DNA of 64,000 bases. Source: the human T2T-CHM13v2.0 reference genome, Homo sapiens. Below, piece after piece: positions 26,766 through 41,974 of this stretch; position 1 is the first letter of the stretch, and every line of letters begins with the position of its first letter. The notes under the pieces were generated by a model, which saw only the letters and a list, made by a program, of their open reading frames with translations, was not told where the DNA came from and did not search any database. The translations under genes were made by a program, and so were the position numbers. The DNA lies in the NCBI RefSeq assembly GCF_009914755.1, contig NC_060927.1; one strand, given 5' to 3'.

Positions 26766-29700
26766 GTTTTACACATCCATGCTTTGAAGTTATAAACTGA
26801 ATCTGTGTCACTTAGGTTGCTATCATCTGATTCCCCTCTAGTGCATTTCTTTGTATAGATGAGCCCATGCAGGCAAAGTGTAACTAACTGTAATATTTAA
26901 TACATAAACTCTCTGACAGAGCAAATTGATAAATCAGAATATTTTTACATTTGGTGTGTACATGATTCATAGTATGACAAGGTCATAAGCATTTTTAGCA
27001 AGGTTCTTCTGAACTAAATTAAGATATTTACTACATAATCTAATCTACCAAGTGGGGTAGATTTTAGGGTAGGGCCACCCAGTGACACCTTAAAAAATGC
27101 CCTCGGTGAAATGACTCATTAGTTTAAGAGTAGCTGAGTAGTGTATTATAGATAAAAATGGAGAGGATACAGATATGGATACATCTTCCTCATGCTCTCT
27201 TGTGATATGGCAACATATGTGTGTGGCAGATTGTAGAGACAATGCTGAGAGTTCAGCAAGAAACAGTGGCATTGAGGCAGAGAAATGGCTTGCTGTCATT
27301 TTATGGGTTCACGTTATTTATTATCAGATGCCATTCAGTTTCTTCTGAGCTGAAGGATTTATCTACTGCAGAAACCCTGCTCATGTTGATGGGAATGATC
27401 TAAAGCTTCAAAGGACAGGTTTTAAGATTGTTGGGCATTAGTTTCAGATTTGGACTCAAATCCAAGCCTGAATTTCTTATTGGTTTGGGGAAGAAAACAC
27501 TTAATTTGAAATTCTGATACGAACTGTATGGCAGCAAACTTAGTTGAGCTTAGAAACAGCTTTGAATCTCAGATACCAATACACTGGCTCTTGTATTACT
27601 TATTTATGGAAGAAAAAAAGGCAACACCTGGTCTCTAACCAGGAGAAAAGCCTATTTGAAGTATTTCAGTCATTCTCAGCAGGTCAGTCCTCAGCAGTTC
27701 TTAGAGACCACAATATTTAAAGCCGTCTGGGTAGTTCTGGTCTCATGTCATCCAAACAACACATTTTCAAACTCAGAAATGCCAGGTCGTGTTATTTCTG
27801 TGGCAGAGGGTTGCTTAGGATCTGTGACAGCTGAGATTTTCCTATCGATTATGTGACAATGTAGTTCATCTATAGAGTTCAGAGAAATTAGAAAAGCCTC
27901 CAGTTTAACAAGAAGACCCTTAATTCAATTGCTGTGTTGTATTTAAATGCAGAAATCAAAATTCAACTTACAGAAAATGGAATAGTGAATTAAATTTTGA
28001 ACCCAAACTTCTGTAGCTAAATCAACCTCCTAGGAGGGCTGTGACTAATAATTTAATTTGAAGCATTACGATTGGGTAACTGGATTTGTAAACTAGGCAA
28101 GAAATCATATCTTATATAATAAATGCATATTTAGATCCATATATGTGTTTAAAATTGCTCCTAAATTTAAAGCACGGAGTGAGTCTAAAACAGGAAAGAT
28201 AAATCAAAAAGCACTCTTGTGACTGTGTGTGTGCTGGAGAACAGACAGAGGCGGGTAATTATAGAAGCACTAACCTGCAAACACCTTGAAAGATGTCTTT
28301 CAGATGTGTCTTAAGTTCTTAAATGATAAAATATGCATGCATTTTTCAAATGCATTCACAGGTAAAAATATTATTTTTTATATCATCAATTCTTTATCTG
28401 TCACAGAATATGTACAGGTATACAGAAGTAACTAGATGTCCAATACATTCTAGGGGCCCAGGATTTCAATCAAAAGTAAACCTGGGTAATGTGACTGTAA
28501 ATCAAGGGTGCTTGAGACCATAGACACACACACGCAGAAGGGTTAACTGGAGGAGAGGGAAGAGAGACGCTCCTCTGTGCAGTTTACGTGAGTGACAGGA
28601 AGAAGGGGAGCAAGAGCTAGAGCAGGCAAGCAGGCGCCCTGCAGTCCTCACACTGAACACATTCCCTTGTTGTGGAGGGACACAGTGGGAAAACTGCAGC
28701 CTAGGCTGTGGCCTGCACCTTGCCCACCCAGCCAGCAGCTCTTCTCGCATCTGCTTATTTCTTGCCTGAAAGTCATTCAGCATGTTGAAGGTGCGATTAT
28801 CGACAATTTGTCAGTCTGAATTTGTTGCTGGCAATAACTTCTTTGTGAAGTTTCACTCTCAGGCACTTGAGTTTTGGGATTAGAAAACTGGTGATGGGAG
28901 AGCATTATCCTGTGGTCTGCTTTTCATTTAGACACAGCCCAGGCAGACAGAAGGAAACGGAGCATTAATCCAACTGCAGTCACCCCAAAGTACAGGCCAT
29001 TTGGATCCAGAAGAGAAACTGGTTCCTTCTACAAGCTCTCCCGTTCTCCCTGGGGCCCTTCACAGCCTCCTTGTCTACGTTGTGGCTGTGCTTTCCCTGG
29101 TGAGCAATTATGTATAAGAAGTAGGGGATCCTCTGTATTCTGCCCAACCACCCCCTCATCCTTCACAAAAGTTAATGTCTTGGGCCTACAATTCACTTGG
29201 GCAGCCTGGAACTGAGACTCTGAAGTTGTAAGTCTTTTGTTTTGTTTTGTTTTGTTTACTTTTAGTTTTCTGTTTGTGGATGTGGGTCCTGAATCGGCGC
29301 CCTCAAAGTTGAAACCTTTACCTTTTTGTCCAACCTCTTCCCTTCCTCTCATCGGGGGTGGGGGAAGATGGTGGCCAAAAAGCAGGCCGTCCCTTGGATA
29401 GGGCAGCTGGGACAGCTGCTCCGGAGCAGCTGCTGTACCTCACCCTTATTTCCTGACAATCATTAAAATTCAATTTCAAAGTTTCTGTCTTTAACAATTT
29501 CCTAAGGGGCCTATGAAGGATGCCAAAAGGGTGGGCCTCCTTTCCAGTGGCAGTGCTTTGGCAGCAAGTAGACACTGGTCAGGTTGCCTGAGGCTGTGCC
29601 CTTCTCACAATAGTCCTGTGGAGAGTGTCTAGAATGGAACACTGCAGGAACAGCTCTGGGAAAGTTTTAAGGTGGGCCAAGAAGTGGACAAGACCAGCAC

Positions 29701-29842
29701 CTCTTCCCTTAATCAGCATTGCTCCTGAAGTACAGCCTTCCTGGTCCTAGGGTGGAGCTCAAGTACAAACCTAGGGGAAATTTCTCATACTTTAATCTCA
29801 TAATTCCTCATTTTCTTTTTTGCTCAGCTCACCAACTTCTCA

Positions 29843-30170
<328 letters not shown>

Positions 30171-30769
30171 GATTTGTATATCTGAAATTTCCCTTCTATC
30201 AAGAAGCTTTCCTTAACACCTCTTTTCCCTTTGGTTGGGGAAGTCTTCTATTGGGCCAAGGCAAGACAACTAAGATATTTTGAGAAACGGAAAAATACAT
30301 GTAAATGTACAGCCTAGGTAGCTGAGCCTCATCCACACATTTTGAGTGAAGGTTGCCCATCAAATGCTATTCAGACTCACCCTCAGAGGAGTTTCTCATT
30401 CCCTGCTCCCAAAATTTAACATGTGATTAGTACCAAAACATGCCACCCTTAACTAATACCCTCTTGAATCTATGGAAAGGAAACAGCATTTCTTTGAAAT
30501 TCTAGATGGGAGTTAAGGACTACCTGACTACTCTTGCCTTCACCTCGTAATCACATATAACTATCTCAAACACCCCCCTCCTTCCCTAGAGAGCCACTGA
30601 TTGGCCCCTCAGCATACCTAGTACTTTTCCTTCTCTTCTCAAATTCTCATCCCTTACCCTTTTCTCCTTTGGAGGCCCCTGGAAAATTTTCAGAATTAAA
30701 TTATGATTTTTTTTGAAATGCCATGACAAGTTAGAAAGGGAAATTTGAGACAGCACTAGAAATACACTA

Positions 30770-31096
<327 letters not shown>

Positions 31097-32125
31097 TTAC
31101 AACTGAATGCAGTAGACAAGTCACAGTTTGGGGTATCAGCAATTAATTGCACATTTTTATACAGTCTTTTTTTTTAACTTCATTTTTAAGATCCGTTGAT
31201 CCTAACAGATGCAAGTTAAACCTGAAGTAAATTAGAGCAAAGTTAAAGAAAAACTAGATCAAGCCCTTCCTGGACTGGCAGCCCTCCTATCTCGCGTAGC
31301 TCATGGTTATTTGGATAGACTCTTTCATAATACTGGTAGCAGAGACAGACCAACACCAAAGCCCCACTTCTTGTTACTTAATCACAAACCTGGCAGAATG
31401 GCGACTCCATACCTACAAAAACTAGTCAGTGCTTATTAACCACAACAGATCAATAAAAACAATTATCTGGAGAAATAATATTAACAACACGCCCTTGTTA
31501 CCATAAGACATAAGTTCCTGAGAAATTTGGAGCTTCCAATAGCACATTTCTGCTTATGTGGTACCTAAAGTTGTTTCCTGGAAGTGAAATTTGAATCATT
31601 TGCAATCATTTTATATCCTTGCCCCAGAATGACTCTGTCTCTAAGGCTTTGAATACGTTTACTACTATGGGCTTTTAATATTCTCTACCCTAGTGAAAAG
31701 GCTACATATTATAGTAGAGAAGATACTGGGTTAGAAATGCCAACCAGAATCTAGGTTCTAGTTCAGGCGTCTAACTAGTATTTTGTATGTAAGGCAGTTC
31801 ATGCTTCTGGCCTTCAGATTTTGCATATGTAAAGTAAAAACATGAGAATAGATAATCTCTTAGATCCTTCATTCTGTACTTTTGTAACATTTGTGAATTT
31901 TGAACCTAAGAGAAGATCCAGATCCATACATTTCTGAATAAAATACCTATTTATTTCATAGTCCTTTTAGTAAAAATTTATGCAAAAGACTGAAAAAATG
32001 ATTTTTGGTCTTCTCTGGGAGAGATTCTGAACTGGACTGGAGGAAACCAAGCTAAGAGACTTGGCATTGTTTTCTTTTGTACAAATGAACCATTGCCTTA
32101 TACTTTAACTTTTTTTCCTTTTCAG

Positions 32126-32868
32126 ATCCAACTTAGAAATAATGTTTCATTCAAGATAAGGCTCGTGGCTTAGGAGATTGTGACCTGGCTTGCATCATTC
32201 TAAGACTTCTATCGTCTGTTTTCAAAACCCAAGGAGGACCTCCTTTTCTGTGTGATAGTTCCTCATGCTTTGCCAGCCACTGGGTCTTTAAGGAAGCTTG
32301 CCAAGAGTTCCCGGCTGGGAAGGACAGTTCGAGTTCATCATAGACAATGAGCTGGCACCACAGTTTAAGTGACTCACCAACCTGGTTGCCCACTTCAAAA
32401 TGTCAAGAACCACACTATCTAATTGAAAGAACTGTGTTTTAGCAAAGTGTAATTGGATCGCCTGGCAAGATCATCTCAAACTATGTCTCTGACCTTGCCT
32501 TTCAGTGGCTATTTTGAGCACAAGAGGAGAAAGGAAATGATTCCTGAATTATATCTTGTTTTTAAAAATTAAGATTAATTAATACTTGGTTTTATGTTCA
32601 TTCCATTGTAGGAACTTAGTGATTATTACAAAACAGTCAAAATAGGTCATAGCAAAATGAACGTTTAAGATTAGGTTAAAACATTCCTCTGAAATTTTAG
32701 TATTCACTTTTGAAGTGTCAATTACTATATTTCTGTAATTTCTCATTTTTTTCTTGGCTTAGAGTCAAGATGAAAAATGATATTTGAATCAAAGACATTG
32801 TTTTGTTATATAGCCACTCCTTTCTAAAATGCAAATCCACCCTCCCCTCACCAATGCTTTATTCTTTG

Positions 32869-32920
<52 letters not shown>

Positions 32921-34804
32921 TACACAGAACCAGCACCCAAATGGTAGAGGAGGTCCTTCCAAGACTTCTAGGACCTGGATCATGTAAGCAGTAGATGAGA
33001 AAATGAAGTAAGAGATATAGAGTAATAACAATAAAAGTCAATGATTTCATTTTACAAAAAAGTCATTGTGTAGTACTCAGATATTTTTAAGAGCAAGTAT
33101 TATTATGACTAAAGTATATTATACTTCTAAATTATTATGATTCTCATCTAATTTCAAGCCACACATAGGCGCCATTTGAAAGCATTTTGTGTTACAACCT
33201 ATCAACAAAAATCAACTAATAGTTTTATAACGTGCATAGGTTTACCCCATGGGGAATTAAAATTTTTATCTGCAAGTATTTCTGTTGTTGTGAGACTTTA
33301 GGACAAGACAACATTTGGTGTTAACATAGAAGAATATTCTATGGCTTTTTTAGCTTTAAAGTTCATTACTCTAAAATAAAGTACACGTGGTATTTTTTTC
33401 TTCCTAGTGTTCTCTTATTATATGTAGAGTATTTTCGGTTGTTGTTTTTAACGTATACATTATTTTTATTAAGTCATTTCATAAAAGATAAGATATATAC
33501 TAATAGACCCTTGGTTTTCTCCTAATTTAATTATTTCAAGTCAAGCAAAATTGGGCAATTTTCTTTCAGGAAAAAAAAAATATTGAGCATGATTTTGAGG
33601 TAAAACTGATTATTTACAGCATCTTTTCTCTAATAGGCTAACATTTATGATGGATCTTATTTCAAAGTTGATTATTCTCAAAGAAAAGTGGAGATATTAG
33701 AATTTCCGAGTAAATTGCATTGTTTTAAAAAGTACTTTAATGCATTGTTCACATTGTTGCCAGCTATTGACCAAAAAAGAGAAGAAGAAAAAAGAAATAA
33801 AAAAAGCAGTATCTGCTCCAAACGTCAAGTTTTGCAGTTTGAAAGACTTGTACATTATAATTGTTTTTTTCTTTTTTGGAAAGCAGTAGTAATTAATACC
33901 AAAGGCATAGACAATTTAGGGCCATAACCTCCCTTCCCCCCTCTCCACCTTTTTTTTTTTTTTTTTTTTTTTTTAACTTTAACCATGATAGGCATCTCTG
34001 CAAGGTAGGTTTTAACATATTTTTTTCCTAATTTTTTTCCCTCCATTCAGTAAGAAGGATAAGCTTTTAGAGTACCCAGTCACCGTGGTAACTGCCAAAA
34101 AAATTCTCCTGAAGTTTGAAGAGGTCAGCTAGCAGGGTCAACAACCCTGGCCTCTCTCTGAGCTCGGTCTAGCATGCCCCAGCCTGCGGTTGGAGTGTCA
34201 GGCCAGATCTGACCCTGGGAGGTGGACCATTCTGGCTCTGATATAAATTTTTCGAGTCAGTTCATGGCCTGGACTCTCCAGGTGGCCTCCAAAATCGATT
34301 TTGACCCCCTGACCCTGTCTCACGGAGGCATAGCATCCACCCTAAGTAAGGATTTAGCCAGGAATGACAGCTTTCCACTGAGTGTTATTGGGGACAGTAT
34401 AAACAGTTTGGAAAGCAAGTAAGGAGGTGTGAGGGCTAGCAATCATTAAAAGCACATTAAAAAACAATTTTTAAAAATCTTTATTAGAGAAAGTTGTAAA
34501 TGCATATCTGTTACAGAATTCCTGTGATTTGTAGAGTTTTCTAGTCAGTTTTGAATATAAATAGGTCACATATCTTTATCTTTTTGCATACTTTGTTACA
34601 AATATGCAAATAAGATAGGCATACTTGCTACAAAATAGGTACAGCAGGAATGTAATATGTTCAGAAAAGGCAAACTGGTTATTAAAACACATTAACAGGT
34701 AAGGAGTTTCTAATATTTTAAATACTAAAATTTTACATGTGTATTTTGAAGTTTTTAAAATGGAAAAATAAAGAACCTTTAAAAAACCCAACAGTGTGGA
34801 ATAA
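32126..34804 (+). ncRNA. SOX2-OT: SOX2-OT terminal exon
   Basis: Strong acceptor TTTAAC-TTTTTTTCCTTTTCAG|ATCC. Contains GCTCGTGGCTTAGGAGATTG (32161-32180), recalled as a common SOX2-OT RT-PCR primer. ATTAAA at 34681 and AATAAA near 34767. The 3' end is approximate. Confidence 0.75.
32875..32916 (+). repeat. (CA)n microsatellite, about 21 units
   Basis: Read directly; preceded by TGTGCGCG. Confidence 0.97.
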
Positions 34805-35439
34805 AGATAAACTTGTTGCACTCAAGGTACATTTCTACTTTGTAAAGCAAGAAGCCAATACACTCAGTTGGATAAAAATGAGAGAAAAATTGTAAATATA
34901 GAGAGTTACAGCTTATAGAGCTGAAGAGGAATAAAACAAAAAAAAGTGTCTCTGAATAACTTTATGTATTTTCAACAGTTTAAGATATCAGAAACTTGGA
35001 AAATAAATATGATATATATATAAATCATCAGTGATTATTTCCTTTTCATTCCCCCCCGCCCCCAGGATGCCACCGTGAGTGTTTGATTTTCTCTAGGAAA
35101 GTAGAATTCTCTTTGAGAGTTCTAGCCTGTGAACTCAGTATGTAAATGTGGCCATCAAGAAGACAGAACTGCCAAGAGGAAAGATTATGAATGTTTTTCT
35201 TCCTTAAAACCATTCACAGTGTTTCTTCTTCCAGTGCTTTACTCAGACTTCTCCCCTTTTCCCAGCTCTGTTGAAAATGGCTTCAAAAGCAACACTGCAG
35301 TGGCTAAACCAATTGTACTGTGAAGTTGTTGAGATGCCATTTCATCTGAATCCTTCGTAAAAATTAGATTTTTAAGTAGGGGTGAATATCCTTTTGGGAG
35401 AGGGAATGGGAGGGTAGAAGAAGGGGGGAAAGGACAGAG

Positions 35440-35444
<5 letters not shown>

Positions 35445-35488
<44 letters not shown>

Positions 35489-35662
35489 TATATATATATG
35501 AGTATATATATATATGAGTATATATATATGAGTATATATATATGAGTATATATATATGAGTATATATATATGAGTATATATATATGAGTATATATATATG
35601 AGTATATATATATATGAGTATATATATATGAGTATATATATATATGAGTATATATATATATA
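35445..35662 (+). repeat. Compound (TA)n microsatellite and GAG(TA)n minisatellite
   Basis: About 20 TA units followed by about 12 units of GAGTATATATATAT with variable TA number. Confidence 0.97.
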
Positions 35663-37539
35663 CTCTTTGTGTTTGAAGGCCTCTGTGTCTTGGCTTCTCA
35701 CTATGTTAAATCCCTATTATAAAACTTATCTTCACAAAGCCTATTATAGTATTCTGAGAACAAATTGGACCATGAATAACTTAGTTGGAAGTGTAGATTA
35801 TTTTCTACTCAGGGGAAGTTAGAGATGACAACAGCTTAACTGAAAGAATAGTGATTAATCTTAAATAGATGGATTTCAAAGTTTCACTCTTGATAAAGAG
35901 TACCTTTGATATTTCCCCTCTTCAGAATCACGTTTCCACTCTCTTTGTATTAAGAATTGTCCTAGTGATTACACTCTCCCCCTAATACAGCTCAAAGTGT
36001 AGATCATTTTTTTTCCAGGTTGTTAATTTGTCAGAGAGGTGACCAGAAAGACACTCTACTTCCTGTTGGTTAAATCGATGATTCCTAAGTGGTACTAGGC
36101 TTAGATACAAAAGTCAATGATAAGAATATCTTGCATAAATCATAGCTTCTTACTTAGATAAAATTCTTATTTAAAAATTTTTAATTTGCTTAATGCCCTA
36201 TAGCTTACAAAGCACTTTTTAAATCATAATTTTGTTTAATCCTTAGAATAATGTTATAAGATAAACAAAACTCATCAATCCCATTTTACCTGTGATTGCA
36301 CACTGTGATTGAGCTAATAAATGGAAGAATTGAGATACCAACTCAGATTTTGTAGCTTCTGTTTCAAGTGATTAACCTGTAGCAACAGGCTTTTGAATTA
36401 TTTTTGTGTTCTATATCCCTGAAGATAAAGATTCTGTATTAAAGAGCCAAGATTTTATATCTCACAAATTAAAAACTTAAAAGACATGACTGAAAAGAAT
36501 TCTGTTTACTTTAAAGTGAATTTTACCAGTTATTATTTTTCTTTCTATATATATGCTTAAATGGTCTTTCAGAACTGACGGTTTTAATTTCCAAAAGTTA
36601 AACATGGGAAGCTCTATATAAATTAAATAACTATCTGGAATTTAAACCACGTATATAAGAAACTTAGATTCTATATTTCAAAGTAAAATATAGCATAAGA
36701 CTTTAGAAGCAGGTTCTACATATTAAGTAATTATTTGAGAATATGCCATTGATAAAGCTCTTGAGTGTTAGAGGCGAGATTTCCCTTCAATTTTAAAAAA
36801 CTTTTAAAATCTTTTAACATCTTAGCAAGTCTGGATAAACAAAGTCAAAGTCATATAGAACTACTTTTGTTCTCTTAGGCTTTTACTTTTTGTGTTTAAT
36901 AAAAAGGTTTGCAAAATACTCTAGGAAAAATAATAAAAGGATTATTAACTTGACATTAATGTAAACCATCTAAACATTACAGAAATCAAGAAATACAAAT
37001 AGATGACATTATTTTATTCTTAGGTTTTTAATTATATTGCTTTAAACATGTAATGTGGGCAGTGTAGATGTTAATATGGAAATTCTTATTTTTTATTTCT
37101 TAAATTATATAAAATTAAATTAGTCATTTTATATATACTTAAATTAATGCTTTTGCCCTTGAAATATTCTAGCAGCCAGAAAAATCTAGTTAAGCTTGTT
37201 AGCATTAGACAAAATGAAAAAGTGTAGAGAAAAAGAAAAGCGACTGTTCTGGTATCAATAATGACATATGATAACCTTTTTTTGTACTGAAGTTTTTCTA
37301 CAAAAACATGACATTAGACTGAGGATTTTTCATTCTGATGTGCAGGTTAATGTTCAAGTCTCCAAATACAAACTTCTAGTGTCTCCTCCACTTGTATGCA
37401 AATTAGGAAATGCAAGAATAAGGTCTCTTAAATTGACAGCTATGTTTGTTTAGATATTCTTCAAAATTTTATAATTTCTTATATTACCAATCTCACTCAT
37501 TTTGGTCATGTGTGTCTTTAACAGCTGTTCAAAACAGGT

Positions 37540-37686
37540 TTTCTTCCCTTCCTCCTTCCTTCCTTCTGCCCTTCGTTCCCTTCCTTCTCTCTCTTCCCCT
37601 TCTCTTTTTCCTGCTTTCTTTCTTGTCCCTCTTCCCTATCCTTCCTTTTTTTCTTTCTCCTCTCTTTTCATCCCTTCTTCTTTCCT
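37540..37686 (+). repeat. Polypyrimidine (CT-rich) low-complexity tract
   Basis: About 145 nt consisting almost entirely of C and T. Confidence 0.9.
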
Positions 37687-38381
37687 ACGTTACTCATTAG
37701 TTTTTAGGTGTTTTTGTTTTAAAATGCAGGGCAGCTTGGGTTAAGGGGTTATCTAATGCAATATATTTTGCCAAACTGAGGTGCTGAACAATGAAACATT
37801 TCAGTTTAAACTTGCATCAAGTCAGAAAACCCTCAAGTATGGTATCAAGACTTTTCTGACAATGAAAATCCAATACTGAATGATCAACTTTTAAAATGTT
37901 ACAGATTCTGGCAGTTTCTCTCTTGCTATCTTTGTAGTCTTTCTAAGTCATCTAAACTATTGGTTAGTTATGTTAGCTTCTTGTGTTGCAAAGAAAAAGA
38001 GCATTTTTAGAAATCTGACAAGAAATTTTGTCAAATTGCTACACATAATTTGTATATAAGTACATAAAAGCACAATACTAGCTAGCATTGAAAAATTTGA
38101 ATAAAGATCAGAGATTTCTCACTTTTTTCCCACCCCTGTCCAATATACTGTGGTATTAAATATTTAATATATGTTCATTTTTTCTCTTCCTTTCCCCAAC
38201 CCCCACAAAGCTGTTATCAATCTGGACAGATGAATAAATTTTGGCAAAATAAGATTTGTTTAGAATGGTAAGAATTCTTCCTAATAAAGTTTTTAAGCAA
38301 GTCAATAAGGCATAAAAATGTTCTGTATTCTTCTAAAAGTAAAAGTTTGTATCCATGTCTATTTAGAAAATCATAATGCAG

Positions 38382-38702
<321 letters not shown>

Positions 38703-39318
38703 TCACAATGGATAGTAAAACATTTGGTCAACTACTTGGGTATTGGTTTTTATTATACCAGATTTTTCTCTGTCTTTTGATATTGTGACTATAGTATATC
38801 TGAGTGCTGACAAATACAATTTGTGGTTATAGGACTTAATTTACCAGCAAAACCTAGAGCTGTTCTGTTTCTGGTGAGTATTGTCAGGTGTCTGCCATTC
38901 ATAGAATAAGCATAATTGACAGCCCTCTATAATAGGCATGATGCATTTCTCTAAGTTGTTCACAGATGAATAAAACCAACTGCCTGCCATCATGGAATGA
39001 TGTGTTAGGTTCTGGGAGGAAGTGTGGATGGGAATTTTAAAATCAAAACAAAACAGAAAAAAAAAAGCTCAAGATTTGGTACCAGCTCTCCAAGAAAGAG
39101 AAATTGGCATGTGTACAAGTTTCTCTTCAGAATGAGCTATGGTAAAGGTGTGAACAAGCAGCCGTAAAAATACGGAGAGGTCTATAGAGAGTTGGAGAAA
39201 GTGGGGCTTGAAGAATGGGTAGGGCTGTGATAGACAGTTATGGGACCTTATTCCAGGTGGAAGGGAAAGGCAGAAATGTGAGATTATGCAGAATATTTCT
39301 TAGAAAATTATTTAATGA

Positions 39319-39673
<355 letters not shown>

Positions 39674-39982
39674 CTACTTTAATAGGTTATCCTATAGCTT
39701 TATTCACTAAGGAAATACTATCATCATAAGTGCCATGAAAACATTTTACTACTGATAAAAACATTTAAAGAGTTAAAATTCAGTGAAGAGAAGCAAGTTT
39801 TAGAAATCTAGTATTTTGTTCCTAGATCTGGCTGCCTCTGTGTGCCTCCATATCCTCTTCTGGATATATATTCTCTTATTTGTGAAATAACATTTGCAGT
39901 ATGTTTAACATTTTAAACATATTAAAATGAAGACTCTTATGAAAAAGCAATCACTCTTTTTCAAAGATATTGCATGAGTCAC

Positions 39983-40131
39983 TTCTTATGTGCCATATGT
40001 TGCCAGAGCCCCCTTAAAGAGTTACAAATAAGCACTGCATCTTAAACATGTACTTCCCTACTTCCCCCCTTACAGGCCAAGGATATGGAAATAAATCTTC
40101 AGTCTAAGTGAAGAAAAAAAAATTTTAACTC
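39983..40131 (+). repeat. Dispersed direct repeat, copy 1 (about 150 bp)
   Basis: Aligns by eye to 43081-43231 with about 13 differences. Confidence 0.92.
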
Positions 40132-40635
40132 TGCCTTTCCTTCAGAAGCCCTACATTAATACTTATGCAAGTGAATGAAAAGTTTAGAAATACATTTAAA
40201 TATGTTTAAAGCCCACAGAGATATCTTGCGATCAGGAAGTATCAGCCAATTATACAAAGAACCTCAGAATCTTTGATAAAAAGATAGTAAAAGGCAAAGA
40301 AGCAGAGAAGCAGGAAATAAAGACACACTAAATACATTCTAGCAACATCAGAGTCATCCTGTAATAATCAAAATAGTAAACTAATACAAAAGTTTCTGGT
40401 GATGTAAAAGCACAAGACCCCAGAACAAGGATGATTGTTACAAATGCCACTCTTCTTAATATGAAATCTTAAATCAAGTGGAAACTAAATCCTAGGCCTA
40501 AAGCTTGGAAATCCAGGCCTAAGTAATATTTTATAGGGAAAATCAGTTGAAATACATTGAACATCAAATTAGAATAAAATTTGAGGCAAATGATGGGGAT
40601 GAACCCAAAGGTTTGGGAGAGTAAAATAAACACTT

Positions 40636-40950
40636 ATTTTTATTTGATTTTATTTTTTTGAGATGAGGTCTCACTCTGCCACTCAGGCTGACGTGTAGTG
40701 GCATGATCACAGCTCACTGCAGCCTCATACTCCAGGGCTCAAAAGATCCTCCACATCAGCCTCCTGAGTAGCTGGGACTGCAGACGTGTGCCACCATGCA
40801 AAGCTTTTTTTTTTTTTTTTTTTTTTTTTTAATAGAGATGGAGTCTCACTCTGTCACCTAGGCTGGTCTTGAACTTTCAGGCTCAAGCAATCCTCCCACC
40901 TCAGCCTCCCAAAGTGCTGGGATTACAGGTATAAGCCACTGTGCCCATCT
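40636..40950 (-). mobile_element. Alu (AluJ-like)
   Basis: Diverged reverse Alu with an expanded T linker. Confidence 0.9.
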
Positions 40951-41257
40951 AGAAACACTTGTTTTTATCTGTGGCTGGTTAATCAAGTTGGGAAAAGCAC
41001 TGGCTAGTTGTTTGGAATCGTATATTCAATTTCAATTTAACTTTGCTCTGCTATGTATCCTCAAACTATAGCTCTGCCCTAACAGAAGTCTTTTACTTAT
41101 AGGCTTCTTTCAGGCGGTAAACAAAACTTTTGAGCACTCATATGGGGTGGGTTCTGTTGAAAGAAATAGGTGTTGCAATTAAAAGAAAAAGGTGTCAAAG
41201 GTGTCATACCTCTTGCCGTCAAAGATACAACAATATGCATCCAATAAGACTCTACCT

Positions 41258-41562
<305 letters not shown>

Positions 41563-41974
41563 CTACGCAAAAGAAGTTATTGACATTGCCTTCGGTACCC
41601 ACTTAAGGACCACTTGTTTCTAAAGCTTTTTCTTTATAATTACTACAGCTGTATATCAGATATCTGCAGTACCATAACTCTAAACTTAACTAAAGCACTT
41701 CGAACAATACAAAAGTGTATACGAACAGAAGTGAAAATGATATGTAGAATCAAAAGTGAAAGTGCCCTTCCCAGAAGTGTATATCCTTCCAGATTTCAGA
41801 TAGAAAGATGAATATTATGAAAGGAAAGATAGAAAGATGATAGACAGATAGTAGTTAAGAGCACAGACTTTTAATCTAGACTGTCAAGGTTTGCGTCCCA
41901 GCTCTACCATTAATACTTCTACATGTATGACCTCAGTTTTCTCATCTATAAAAGTGAGAATGACAACAGCACAC

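Noticed and set aside
35444-35822. YIYI-rich ORFs or a CRISPR-like array
   Set aside because: Simple TA-based repeat with no unique spacers and no cas genes; eukaryotic context.
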